The notes below the pieces were generated by a model. That model searched no databases, was not told the origin of the DNA, and saw only the letters and a list, made by a program, of their open reading frames with translations. From the IMG/VR virus record IMGVR_UViG_3300002461_000106, positions 1 through 63,811 of that record: a stretch of 63,811 nucleotides of DNA; one strand, given 5' to 3'. The stretch comes from a virus. Taxonomy: Duplodnaviria > Caudoviricetes. Both the position numbers and the translations under genes were made by a program. Positions 37,576 to 46,817 of the stretch are shown piece after piece (within the stretch, counting starts at the first letter, position 1; each line of letters begins with the position of its first letter).

Positions 37576-37784
37576 CGCCCACGCTCCAGTCGTTGCTGGC
37601 ACTCTACGTCCCGCACCTTACCCAGCGCCAGCCGGGGTGCTGGGATCTCCTCACCGCAGTCGACACAGTGCGTGCCATCAAAGTCCGGGTGCGACTCCGG
37701 GCCGCTCTTGCCGCGTGCGCGGCGCTCAGCATTCTCAGTGAACGCGGCGGCGCGGTCGTTGGCGATGTCGATTGGGTCAGCCAT
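37572..37784 (-). CDS. TraR/DksA-family C4 zinc-finger protein
   Basis: 'MADPIDIA', 'CVDCGEEIP..RL', 'RDVECQ' (third Cys replaced by Asp). Confidence 0.8.
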   Translation of the reverse strand: MADPIDIANDRAAAFTENAERRARGKSGPESHPDFDGTHCVDCGEEIPAPRLALGKVRDVECQQRLERGR

Positions 37785-37976
37785 TCACAGAACCCTCCGC
37801 ATTCTCTGAAGCGCCGCTTCAATTTTGGGTATGTCATGAACCCGACACGATGAGATAGTGTTCGGGTGAAACTCGCGACCTGAGTCGGACTCCTCGACGA
37901 TATCAAGCAGCGCGAAGAATTCATGAATGCCCTGAATGGCATCGGCCGCAATACTCACGTCGTTGGGGCTAACCAT
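37785..37976 (-). CDS. Hypothetical protein
   Basis: 'EESDSGREFHP..ISSCR' 63 aa. Confidence 0.55.
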   Translation of the reverse strand: MVSPNDVSIAADAIQGIHEFFALLDIVEESDSGREFHPNTISSCRVHDIPKIEAALQRMRRVL

Positions 37977-38346
37977 TGACTTTCTCCCATAACAGGTTAC
38001 TCAACTCGCCCTCCAGCGCGGCGATGTCCTCGACCCCGTCGCAGCAGATGGCGAACCCGCCGGCGGCGCGGATGTCGACCATGTGGTCGAACTGATGCTT
38101 CGACATGCCGCGGTTCTTTTCGTTCCGCCGGCCAGGCTTCTTCGACTCGACGCTCACGAACAGCCCGATACGCTTCCCGACCATCTCGGGTGTCACCGTG
38201 ATGGGCAGACACCCGATGCGGTCGTGGATGCCATGAACACCCATACCGTTTTGAATAGGGGCGTAGTGCCAAGCCTGCTGCGCGTCGTACCACTCTTTGA
38301 CTACCTCCTTGACGTGGTTTTCAGTGGTGATCTTCTTAGGCATCAT
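37969..38346 (-). CDS. VRR-NUC-like PD-(D/E)XK nuclease
   Basis: 'GMGVHGIHDRIGC', 'FVSVESKKPG', 'Q......IRAAGG.A'. Confidence 0.75.
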   Translation of the reverse strand: MMPKKITTENHVKEVVKEWYDAQQAWHYAPIQNGMGVHGIHDRIGCLPITVTPEMVGKRIGLFVSVESKKPGRRNEKNRGMSKHQFDHMVDIRAAGGFAICCDGVEDIAALEGELSNLLWEKVNG

Positions 38347-38578
38347 CCCTCCGCAGCCGGTAGCCGCCGCCAGTCCCGCGCTTCGAGATCACGTACCAGC
38401 CCCACCGCGTATTGGTCGGGCAGGCCAACAACTCCAGCATCGTGCGGATCTGGCGCCAGCGATACTGCGGCAACTCGACACCGAGTTCCCACCCCTTGAC
38501 CCAGCGGGTCTTGCCGCCGAGCCTGTCCAGGGCCATGAATATGTTGCTGCGGAGTTTCTGCGCTTTAGTCAGGGCCAT
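38336..38578 (-). CDS. Hypothetical protein (possible winged helix)
   Basis: Ends 'ISKRGTGGGYRL'. Confidence 0.5.
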   Translation of the reverse strand: MALTKAQKLRSNIFMALDRLGGKTRWVKGWELGVELPQYRWRQIRTMLELLACPTNTRWGWYVISKRGTGGGYRLRRDDA

Positions 38579-38579
38579 A

Positions 38580-38786
38580 TTACTTCCGGTCAAACACGTC
38601 CACTTGGTCCCGACTGACCACATCAACCAGTGCGACGCACCACCACAGCAGCAGGATGGTGCCGGCGACGCCCCACACCCAGCCGGGCGCGCTAACTTTG
38701 TCGAGAACCAGCCACCATACTAGGGTGCTGACGAGCGGCAAGCGTAATGGCAAGTTCTTTGAGGCAACTACTTTACGATGTTCCAT
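38580..38786 (-). CDS. Small membrane protein
   Basis: Two hydrophobic segments. Confidence 0.55.
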   Translation of the reverse strand: MEHRKVVASKNLPLRLPLVSTLVWWLVLDKVSAPGWVWGVAGTILLLWWCVALVDVVSRDQVDVFDRK

Positions 38787-38806
38787 GCTGATGGCTCCTG
38801 TAATAT

Positions 38807-39505
38807 CTACCGTGATCCAAACTTGACCGCCGCGACCGGGCACTTGCCGGCCTTATTTACGCTGCACCATTTACAGCCGCGCTCCGACGGCGTCGGCTGC
38901 CACGCGTTGTTGGCGTGCGACACCTGCATGCGCTCCACATCGGGAATGAACGTCTGCCAAAGGTCGCCCAGGTAACGCCGCTCGTAGGTCTTGTCACTGG
39001 TGAACCCGTGCTTGAGCCAGATGTAACTGGTGTCGATCGTCTCGACCTCGGGGAACGTGTGGAACCCGACGATGGCGAATAGCCGGAGCTGGTCTTCATC
39101 GACCGTGACCTGTCCGTTCTTCCAGTCGCCGAGGAATGCGTAGTCCTTGTCGATCACAGCCACGTCATAGATGGCCCGGACCCACGCGTTGTCCCAGTCC
39201 ATGTAGCCGCAGGGGTTGAAGGCTTGGTCAAGCGCCAGTTGCATCTGGGTGAACTTGCTACCCGGCGTGTCGATGACCGCGCGGGCCATCGGCTCAAACG
39301 CAGCATACTTTGCCGGCAGGGGCACGTTCTCCCCGATCCGCTTGGTCAGCGCCTCGTCGATCTCCTTGCCGTCGCGCATGGCCTGGGTTTCGACGTAGGG
39401 TATGCGGTCCGGATGGCCCCTCGGCGCGACCGAGTGCCAAAGCTGCCGCGGGCAAGTCTTGAACTGCTTGATGCGGGAGTAACTCCATGCGAGGAAATTA
39501 GCCAA
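38807..39505 (-). CDS. PD-(D/E)XK exonuclease (Cas4/RecB-like)
   Basis: 'WSYS....F.TCP', 'YDV', 'GDWKNG', 'QL.LFA', C-terminal 'CKWC...C'. Confidence 0.85.
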   Translation of the reverse strand: MANFLAWSYSRIKQFKTCPRQLWHSVAPRGHPDRIPYVETQAMRDGKEIDEALTKRIGENVPLPAKYAAFEPMARAVIDTPGSKFTQMQLALDQAFNPCGYMDWDNAWVRAIYDVAVIDKDYAFLGDWKNGQVTVDEDQLRLFAIVGFHTFPEVETIDTSYIWLKHGFTSDKTYERRYLGDLWQTFIPDVERMQVSHANNAWQPTPSERGCKWCSVNKAGKCPVAAVKFGSR

Positions 39506-40073
39506 TGACCTGCACTCCTTCCCGATGCAGTCCCAGCGCTTTATAGACCTTCTGCAGATAGACTGCTTGGGTCACGGCGTCATCGACTGCGTTGTGCAGT
39601 TCACCGACCCGCTCGTACCCCTGATCCGGTACCAGCGCCGCGACGGTGCGGTAGCAGCGGTCGTTGCGAAACGACCAGCAGGGGTCCAGGCCCACCGCGC
39701 GGTATGCCGACCGGATGACGACGTTGTCGAAGGTCGCGCCGTTGCCCCACATAAACAACGGGCCGGGAATGTCGCCCCGCTGCTCGTTGGCCCACGCCTG
39801 AAACTGGCAGAGCGCCGCAACCAAGTCCGCCGACTCCCGCTCGAAGGTCTTCTTCCGCGCGGCCTCGTTCTGCCGCAGCCACCACAAGATCGTGTCGGGA
39901 TCGACATGCAGGCCCGCCTCGACCGACGACTGGAGCCGCACACCCGCGTCAAACAAAGCAGTCGGGCGGGTCAGGCTGTAGGGATCAAACACGCAGGCTC
40001 CGATCGCGACGATCGCCGCGTTGGGCTGCGTACTCATGGTTTCCAGGTCCAGCATGATATGCGTTTCGTTCAT
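39498..40073 (-). CDS. DEDD 3'-5' exonuclease (RNase AS / exonuclease VIII-like)
   Basis: 'MLDLETM', 'WGNGATFD', 'RCYRT', 'HNAVDDAVTQA'. Confidence 0.85.
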   Translation of the reverse strand: MNETHIMLDLETMSTQPNAAIVAIGACVFDPYSLTRPTALFDAGVRLQSSVEAGLHVDPDTILWWLRQNEAARKKTFERESADLVAALCQFQAWANEQRGDIPGPLFMWGNGATFDNVVIRSAYRAVGLDPCWSFRNDRCYRTVAALVPDQGYERVGELHNAVDDAVTQAVYLQKVYKALGLHREGVQVIG

Positions 40074-41320
40074 TTCGGCACCCCCACCCATTCGGTTTTA
40101 GCAACTGCCCGCTGACGGTCGACGTAGACCGGCATGCGGAACGTGATCTTGAACTTCGGATGCGTCAACCACAGCGCCTGCCGCGGCGACTCGAAGGGGA
40201 AGTTGTTCGCGTACGCGTATTCGTCATACCCCTTGGTACTTCCGTTTACGATCAACCGCTCCATGTGGATGTACTGGTGCCAGTGGCCCAGCAGCATCGT
40301 GTCATAACCCATCTCGATCTGGGTGTTCCGCGACCGCTTGCGGTGGTCGCCCCGGATGATCGGACCCAGCGCGCCGATCACGCCATCGCCGCCGCGGAAC
40401 TGATCGCCGTGGGTCAGGAGGTAGCGCGTGCCGTAGACCCGGTAGTAGGCATCCGACCCGTCGGGGATGTAGAACGTGACCCGCTTGTCCTGATCGAACC
40501 GCTTGGCGAGGAACTGGTAGAGCAGCCAGTCGAACGAGGTGGCGTGGCGGTCCTTCGCCCAGACCTTCCGGGTATCCCGCCCGTGGTTGCCGGTGACGCA
40601 GGGCAGGAACACCCGACCGAACGTATCCGCGAGCTTCTGGATGGCGCTGACCAGCTCGCTGTAGAGGTCCAGCACCGTCGGCATGGTGTTGAGTTCGTTC
40701 GTCGCCGTGAGTTCCTCGTGGATGTTGCCCGAGATCATGTCGCCGCCCAGCGGCACGACGATGCCGGGGTAGTCCATCTTGGGAGAGATGATCTTCAACA
40801 GGTGGATCGCCGAGTCGACGCAGGTGTGCAGCCGCTCGCGGGCGATGGCGAGGTTATACTTGTTCACGTTGTTGATCTGTTCGGGGAACACCCGCTCACC
40901 CCAGTGCAGGTCCGACAGGAACAGGGAAGGCACCCCCGGTGCAGAGTCGGTGCCGCGGGGTACGGTCACCCACTCAGGGATCTCGGTGCCGTCGATCTTA
41001 CGCGTCAGTGTGCCGATGATACCCCGGATGATGTCGGCGTCGGTCTCGATCTTGGACCGGGCTTTCAGGTCGCTCTCCAGTCGGATGATCTGGCGGCGGA
41101 GGGTTGATACCACGTTCGCGTCGCCGCCGGCCAATGACTTCATTGGGCGATCGGCCACGCCCGGTGACGGCGTGAGATTCAGCGTGGCCGCGGTGCGCAG
41201 CCGGTTCTGCATGGCCTGCCGGGATATCCCCAGCGCCTGAGCAGCCGTCGTCTGAGTGCCGTACTCCGTGATTGCATCCAGCGCGTCCTGCGCCTTCTTC
41301 TGGTCAAACTCCGGCATCAT
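40070..41320 (-). CDS. Calcineurin-like metallophosphoesterase with N-terminal HTH
   Basis: 'SDLHWGE', 'GGDMISG.IH', 'GNHGR', 'THGD', 'GHWHQ'; N-terminal 'AAQALGISRQAM'. Confidence 0.85.
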   Translation of the reverse strand: MMPEFDQKKAQDALDAITEYGTQTTAAQALGISRQAMQNRLRTAATLNLTPSPGVADRPMKSLAGGDANVVSTLRRQIIRLESDLKARSKIETDADIIRGIIGTLTRKIDGTEIPEWVTVPRGTDSAPGVPSLFLSDLHWGERVFPEQINNVNKYNLAIARERLHTCVDSAIHLLKIISPKMDYPGIVVPLGGDMISGNIHEELTATNELNTMPTVLDLYSELVSAIQKLADTFGRVFLPCVTGNHGRDTRKVWAKDRHATSFDWLLYQFLAKRFDQDKRVTFYIPDGSDAYYRVYGTRYLLTHGDQFRGGDGVIGALGPIIRGDHRKRSRNTQIEMGYDTMLLGHWHQYIHMERLIVNGSTKGYDEYAYANNFPFESPRQALWLTHPKFKITFRMPVYVDRQRAVAKTEWVGVPK

Positions 41321-42041
41321 GGGCCTCCATCGGTTCGACGCGCACGAAGCGCGCATTGGTAGACAGTAGTAAGTCGATGCCCTGGTGCAGGCGAGCGACT
41401 GTGTCGTTGTTCCATATCTCGCGCTCGCCTTCCAGCACTTCGAGCGGCGTCTCGGACTCGTGGGCGTTGACGCCCGGCAGTCCGTCGCGGCGCAGGTGCC
41501 ACACGTTCCCGCCCTGCGCGTGTACCCACTCCTGCTCATTGGGGAACCGGACACTGGTGTTCACGAAGAACTGTGGTCGGTGCTCAGGGTAATCCACGCC
41601 ATCGCGCACGCGGTTCAGCCAGGCGGTCGCCTGCTTCAGCCAGTAGTCGGGGTCTTGCGCGCGGCGGAACTCGGTGCCCCACCACTGGAGGACTTGGCGG
41701 GGCGAGAGTGGAGCATGAAAGACGGCCTCCCCACCGAGGTTGAGCGCCGGGTCGAGTAAGTCCGCCGCAAGACAATAGAATGGAGAGTAGTCGCAGTTTT
41801 TCAGCGCCAGCCGCTCTGTCGGCACCTCTTTATGCGCGCGGGATCGCAGCATGTCGCGCTCCGAGATATGCGGCGCGTCCTCGCGATACGGCACGTCGTC
41901 ACGCAGCCCATAGGCTTCGGCGACCTCGGTGTACAGCGCGTCGCTGAACGAGAACGGAATGAACCCATACTTCTTGGCGAGATACGCCGCGACCGTGTCC
42001 TTGCCGCTGCGGGCTTGACCCGCGAGTCCGAGAACTAACAT
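41304..42041 (-). CDS. Deoxynucleoside monophosphate kinase
   Basis: P-loop 'GQARSGKDT', 'RQVLQWWGTE.RR', 'VRFPNE', 'HESE'. Confidence 0.85.
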   Translation of the reverse strand: MLVLGLAGQARSGKDTVAAYLAKKYGFIPFSFSDALYTEVAEAYGLRDDVPYREDAPHISERDMLRSRAHKEVPTERLALKNCDYSPFYCLAADLLDPALNLGGEAVFHAPLSPRQVLQWWGTEFRRAQDPDYWLKQATAWLNRVRDGVDYPEHRPQFFVNTSVRFPNEQEWVHAQGGNVWHLRRDGLPGVNAHESETPLEVLEGEREIWNNDTVARLHQGIDLLLSTNARFVRVEPMEAHDAGV

Positions 42042-42050
42042 CAGTGCCTC

Positions 42051-44129
42051 CTAAAGTTTAGCCGCTTCTTTTTCGAGCATCTGGGCGACCGACAAATGTT
42101 TCGCCCCGCCGTATGACCGACCGAGCGACCCCTCAGCCGCCAATGGTAACCCCGGAGCCCATCCGGCCGCAACCGCCATCCGGCCGATCAGCCACGTCAG
42201 GGTATCGTCTGCCACCTCGATCGGCGGGACGGTGACGACCTCGTCATGTGCCATTGTACCCACCTTCAGCCCCATGTCGGCGGCCTCCAGCATCGTATCC
42301 GTGACGGGTATCCGGGCCAGCGCCTGCACGAAGTTCTCCGTCGCCTTTGGCCCATGTATCCTGACCCGCTCCCGCCCGTTCCAATAACTCGCCTCGCCAT
42401 CCTGTGACCGCTGGATGTCGCGATAGTTCATTTTCATGTCGTTCGGGAGGACGACAGCCTGACCCTCCGTGCGCAGCAGGCCCCCCGGCCCCCAGACCAT
42501 CTCGCGCCCTTCGATCATGGCGTCGATCACCTGGTTGTGGGTGTCCCAGAGCTTGACGATCGCGGCGTTCTTGCGACGGTAGCGGGTCACGATCTCATCC
42601 ACGACGATGCAGTGGATCAGGCGGTCGCTCATGTCGAGTCGGCTGATCATGGCCTCAACCTGCTGCACCTTCTTGGGGTTGTTCAGGAACCGGCTCGGGT
42701 CGACCTGCAGCGTCTCCAGATCCGCCTCGGTGAACTTGATGGGTGGTCCGCCGAACATGCCCTTTAGGAACTCCAGCGCGAACTTGAACCACCCCATGCC
42801 AAAGCCCAGACCCAGTACGACGGCTTTGCCTACCTGTCCCGGGATGTAATCCTCGGGCACGTTCTTGCGGTCGACGGGTCGCAGGTAGATAACGGTGGAC
42901 GCGGTCTCCGAATACACGTCCCGCCCCTGCGCGAAGGCTTCGACGAGGTCAAGCTGTCCGGCGAGCCAGGCGGTGAAGCGGGCCTCGATCTGGGAGGCGT
43001 CCGCCCGCACGACCAAGTGACCGTCGGGCGCCAGCACCGAGTTCTTGAGCACCGCCATCTCAGGCCGCTTGGCGTTGGCCGAGGACATGTTCTGCCAGTT
43101 CGACTTGTCCCCGCCCCCGAACCGCCAAGTATGCGCGGCGCCATACTTGAGATACACCGGCATCGGCCCGCGACGGGCGGAGCCCAGGAACCGCTGCGCG
43201 CGGGTCTCGATGATGGTGGACTTCGACGCGATGCGCGCCTCGGCGAGGAACCGGATCTCCTCGCGGTCGTCCTCCAGCAACTCCTGCATGCCGGGGTCGG
43301 ACTTGGCGAAGGCGTAGATGTATGAGGTCTCGCCCTTCTTGGCGGCGGCCGGCGAGAGTTTCATCGGAGGCTCCACGTCGAACGCGCGGAGCACGTCGGC
43401 AAACTTGTCGCTCGACGAAAAGAGCTTCTTGCTTACACCAGTTTGTTCACATTTTGCACAACCTGAGCCTTCGCAGTGGTCGCATAGCCCGCCGACGCGG
43501 CGGTAGAGTTCAGCCTTGCGGGCCTTCTCGTCAACCACGGCCTGCGCGAGCTTGGCCTGATCGCCGACGAACACGGGCTCCGTGAACATGCGCACACAAA
43601 CGCCGATGAGCCGGAGTTCCTTCTCAGGGATATGGGGTAGGAATATCTGCGCGAGGTCATAGGTACGCGCAGTGTCGTTGCAGCAGTATTCACCATACTG
43701 GAACAACTCGTCGCGTGTGAAGTCAGCCAGCCGTTTATTCTTGGCCTTCAGCACGTAGTCCATCTTGTAACCGATGCCGTGCCGGATGCACAGGTCGTAG
43801 AGCGAGTTCCCCGCTTTCGGCCCGTCAACCACCCGCGCCATAGAGAGCGTATCGATCCAGAACGCGGGCTTGACGCCAAAGTGGTGGCTCAGGATCAGGC
43901 CGTCGAAGTGCGCGTGGTGCGCGACCAGCGTCACCTGCGACCAGTCCGTCTCGGCACAAAACTGGCGGAAGCGATCCTCCAGTATCCAGAACGGTTCGCC
44001 ATCGTTGATTTTCAGCGACACCAGGATCATCTCGAACCGCGGGTCGCGGACGTACTCCTCCGTACTGAGCTTGCTGAGCGTGTAGTCGTCAGCATAGTAC
44101 GTCTCGAAGTCGAGCGTGATGATGTCCAT
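42051..44129 (-). CDS. polA: DNA polymerase, family A, with 3'-5' exonuclease
   Basis: ExoI 'LDFET', ExoII 'HHAHFD', ExoIII 'YCCND'; motif A 'DASQIEAR', motif B 'GKAVVLGLGFG', motif C 'HDE'. Confidence 0.9.
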   Translation of the reverse strand: MDIITLDFETYYADDYTLSKLSTEEYVRDPRFEMILVSLKINDGEPFWILEDRFRQFCAETDWSQVTLVAHHAHFDGLILSHHFGVKPAFWIDTLSMARVVDGPKAGNSLYDLCIRHGIGYKMDYVLKAKNKRLADFTRDELFQYGEYCCNDTARTYDLAQIFLPHIPEKELRLIGVCVRMFTEPVFVGDQAKLAQAVVDEKARKAELYRRVGGLCDHCEGSGCAKCEQTGVSKKLFSSSDKFADVLRAFDVEPPMKLSPAAAKKGETSYIYAFAKSDPGMQELLEDDREEIRFLAEARIASKSTIIETRAQRFLGSARRGPMPVYLKYGAAHTWRFGGGDKSNWQNMSSANAKRPEMAVLKNSVLAPDGHLVVRADASQIEARFTAWLAGQLDLVEAFAQGRDVYSETASTVIYLRPVDRKNVPEDYIPGQVGKAVVLGLGFGMGWFKFALEFLKGMFGGPPIKFTEADLETLQVDPSRFLNNPKKVQQVEAMISRLDMSDRLIHCIVVDEIVTRYRRKNAAIVKLWDTHNQVIDAMIEGREMVWGPGGLLRTEGQAVVLPNDMKMNYRDIQRSQDGEASYWNGRERVRIHGPKATENFVQALARIPVTDTMLEAADMGLKVGTMAHDEVVTVPPIEVADDTLTWLIGRMAVAAGWAPGLPLAAEGSLGRSYGGAKHLSVAQMLEKEAAKL

Positions 44130-44743
44130 TATCTACGCGCTTTTTCTCTGGCCCAGCGCGCCACGCCAGCCGCGGACATCTTAGCCCGCGTTTCCGGAGT
44201 TGGCGTCTTCCCCATATGCGACGCAGATAACTTAGCCCGAGTTTCTGCCGTCGCAGTGCGCCCGCGCTGGCTCGCATTGCCTTTCGCGTGCGTGTTACCT
44301 ATCATTTGCTGCCGTCGTTTTTCGCGAGTTTCTATAGATACGTGCCGACCTCGACCGGCCACGCTTATACGGCGTCGTGTCTCCAATGACACCACCCTGC
44401 CTTTCAACGCCGCGCTTATTCTCTGCTTGGTTTCAAGTGTGTGTTGGCGTCCGCGCATCGCGTTGCCCACCGCCACAGCAATGTTGTAATCTGGTTTAAA
44501 TACCACAAGCGCCCTAGCTTCGTATAAAAGCAAATCTTTTAGGCCACACCGCAGCAACACTTTAAACTCAAATGCGGACTCCCCATGCTTGATCCACGCG
44601 CGCTGCAACTTTGGGCTGTGGTGGGTTCCCTTCCGCAAATAACAACGGTGCGCAGCGAAGCGTTTACGTAAGCTCGTTGCGGAGCCGATATATCGTTGCC
44701 CATTGGCGACGTTTAATATCTCATATACTCCACTATGTTTCAT
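44129..44743 (-). CDS. GIY-YIG homing endonuclease with NUMOD3 repeats
   Basis: 'GVYEI.N...QRYIGS', repeated 'ETR.K.S' motifs; free-standing, next to polA. Confidence 0.85.
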   Translation of the reverse strand: MKHSGVYEILNVANGQRYIGSATSLRKRFAAHRCYLRKGTHHSPKLQRAWIKHGESAFEFKVLLRCGLKDLLLYEARALVVFKPDYNIAVAVGNAMRGRQHTLETKQRISAALKGRVVSLETRRRISVAGRGRHVSIETREKRRQQMIGNTHAKGNASQRGRTATAETRAKLSASHMGKTPTPETRAKMSAAGVARWAREKARR

Positions 44744-44751
44744 GAACCCAC

Positions 44752-45198
44752 CTACCGCAACTCGCTGAGCGTCTGGTAGTAGAACTTGTGCAGGAACCCG
44801 ATCTCGACCCACGACTCCCAGCGCTGCGCCATCGCCCACGCCCAGAGCGCCCGACCGCTGCGCCCGTTGCCATCAGTGAACGGATGCAGGGTCTCATACT
44901 CGCAGTGGAGCTTCCACGGCGTCATCCCGCGGGCGTTGAGCAGGAGCCGCCGCAGGCTGTCGCGGATCTCCGGCCCGCCGGGTGGCGGCACGTGCTGGCC
45001 GACCCGCACGTCCATACCGTGTAGCGAGCGCAGCCGCGCGCCGGGCTGCAGGGTAGTGACGAGATTCGCGAGGTCCATCACACTCAGCTCGGCCAGGTGG
45101 ATGAACTTGTCCGTGGCGTCGACCTCACGCTCGGTAGGCGCGCGGAGGATACCTTCGATGCGGTTGGACTCGGTGACAAAGTCGATCAGGGTTTTCAT
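44752..45198 (-). CDS. Fic-domain protein (AMPylase)
   Basis: Canonical 'HPFTDGNGRSGR'; 'ESNRIEG' N-terminus. Confidence 0.85.
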   Translation of the reverse strand: MKTLIDFVTESNRIEGILRAPTEREVDATDKFIHLAELSVMDLANLVTTLQPGARLRSLHGMDVRVGQHVPPPGGPEIRDSLRRLLLNARGMTPWKLHCEYETLHPFTDGNGRSGRALWAWAMAQRWESWVEIGFLHKFYYQTLSELR

Positions 45199-45653
45199 GG
45201 GGCCTCGCTCCGTACAGAAAAATCTCGCATGGTAATTAACTCGCCGCATTCAAGTTCGGCGACATCGGGGTACGACTCAGATATAAAAAGTGAACGGTTG
45301 CAGTCACATGAATAATTGCCATCCGTAAACGTAAACCGGGCTGAGTCGTATGGGTAGCCGTAGCCAAAGTCATATGTGAACGGCACCGCGCGGCCATCAG
45401 GCAGGTCAAATATCATGTGTGCCACCGTGCGCTGCCGCACGTCACACCCTTCATACTCTGCAAACGCGATGCGAACTCCGTGCTGCTGGGCAACAGCGGC
45501 TAACGCGGCCTTGAACTCAGCGCGTGCTTCAGCGGAGTCAAACCAGAAGTCGGTGGCGCCAATACCTAACTCACGTTCGACCCAGCCGGCGTCTAAGATT
45601 TGGCCCCAGTATTTTAGATAATACTCGTAAGGCTTTTCGATCAGGGTTTTCAT
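45195..45653 (-). CDS. Hypothetical protein
   Basis: 'DGNYSCDCNRSLF' motif; flanked by an 18-bp direct repeat. Confidence 0.65.
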   Translation of the reverse strand: MKTLIEKPYEYYLKYWGQILDAGWVERELGIGATDFWFDSAEARAEFKAALAAVAQQHGVRIAFAEYEGCDVRQRTVAHMIFDLPDGRAVPFTYDFGYGYPYDSARFTFTDGNYSCDCNRSLFISESYPDVAELECGELITMRDFSVRSEAP

Positions 45654-45985
45654 GTGGGTTCCTTCTGCCATCTGGGGGTAGTAGTGAGGCGCACTTGAAT
45701 GCCGCCGTAGTGCCCACGGTCAAACGCTTCAGGTGCCTGAGCGCGCAGGGCGTGGGCCTCGAAGATACTCATCTTGATCTGGCGAACGCGCAGACCAGCC
45801 CGCCGGCAATCAGCAATAAAGTCATCAATTACGTGCCGGATATGGCGCTTAACCACGCTATTTGGCCAGTATCGCCCCCTATTTGGCGCATTACGACACC
45901 CCGGCGGCGCAGGGTCGTTCACGTCCCATGCGAGGCCACAGCGGCAGAGCATCTGGTCGCTATACTGGCGGGCGTGGCAGGTCAT
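45650..45985 (-). CDS. Hypothetical protein with small Cys cluster
   Basis: 'CHARQYSDQM.C.CGLAWD.ND..PP.C'. Confidence 0.6.
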   Translation of the reverse strand: MTCHARQYSDQMLCRCGLAWDVNDPAPPGCRNAPNRGRYWPNSVVKRHIRHVIDDFIADCRRAGLRVRQIKMSIFEAHALRAQAPEAFDRGHYGGIQVRLTTTPRWQKEPT

Positions 45986-46458
45986 GGTAGCGGAGTTGGT
46001 ACACAAGTGCGGGGGAGATATAACGGGTGCGCGGGGTGCCCGCCTTTTGTCATCCGCAGCATTGAGGGGTTACCCCCGCTACGGCGAATGATGTCCAGCA
46101 CTTGCGCACCCCTGTTCAATAGTGACCCATGTGCGCCCCACGCACAAATCACTGCGGCGTTACCACCAATTGTAAGCGCGATGGCGGCATCATTATCTGG
46201 CCCCACCGGGTCAACAGTAGCCGCGCTTAACTCTTTCGGGTTCGTAGCCCGGAAAGCAAACAAGTTCACCACTACTATTCCAGAGTACCCCCAGTCGCGA
46301 GCAAACCCCATGCACCGCCGGATTGTTGGGTCGTCCACATCTGCGTCCGCCGTGCTTGGGTTGAGCATGACAAAACATACCCGCAGCCCAGGAGCCCACT
46401 GTCGAAGCAGCCAGTAACGATACACGCCGTCATCGCTTAGTAAGGCGTCCTTGATCAT
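45982..46458 (-). CDS. DUF1643 family protein
   Basis: 'YRYWL', 'MLNPSTAD...DDPTIRRC', 'NLFAFRAT.P', 'AWG', 'HPLY'. Confidence 0.85.
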   Translation of the reverse strand: MIKDALLSDDGVYRYWLLRQWAPGLRVCFVMLNPSTADADVDDPTIRRCMGFARDWGYSGIVVVNLFAFRATNPKELSAATVDPVGPDNDAAIALTIGGNAAVICAWGAHGSLLNRGAQVLDIIRRSGGNPSMLRMTKGGHPAHPLYLPRTCVPTPLP

Positions 46459-46817
46459 ACGAACACCTTCAGATCCCACCCAAACCGGCGGCACGCCTGG
46501 GCCGCGATACGATGAAACTCCGCGTTGTGCATCGTGTTGGGTGTCTCCGTCTTGGTGATGCCCTGGTGCAGGTGGATCATCTCGTGCCCCATCGCCCACG
46601 CCAGCGTATTGAAGTGCCCCACGTTCCGCGCGCTGATGGCGATCCAGTGGTGGTCCGTCCCGACGTAACGGTTGTAGTGCCCATGCTCCGCGATACTGCG
46701 CGTTACCTTGAACACGACCTGGTCAGCAAGTGGGAGCCGCAGTCGGTTGAACGGCGGGAAGGCCCGCAGGCACGCATATGTCGCGGTCAGGCGGTCAGGC
46801 GTCAGAGGGAGGCTCAT
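46455..46817 (-). CDS. SprT-like zinc metalloprotease domain protein
   Basis: 'HEMIHLHQ' followed by 'HNAEF'. Confidence 0.7.
   Translation of the reverse strand: MSLPLTPDRLTATYACLRAFPPFNRLRLPLADQVVFKVTRSIAEHGHYNRYVGTDHHWIAISARNVGHFNTLAWAMGHEMIHLHQGITKTETPNTMHNAEFHRIAAQACRRFGWDLKVFV

Noticed and set aside
38807-39505. Cas4 as part of a CRISPR-Cas system
   Set aside because: No other cas genes or array; standard phage replication-module exonuclease
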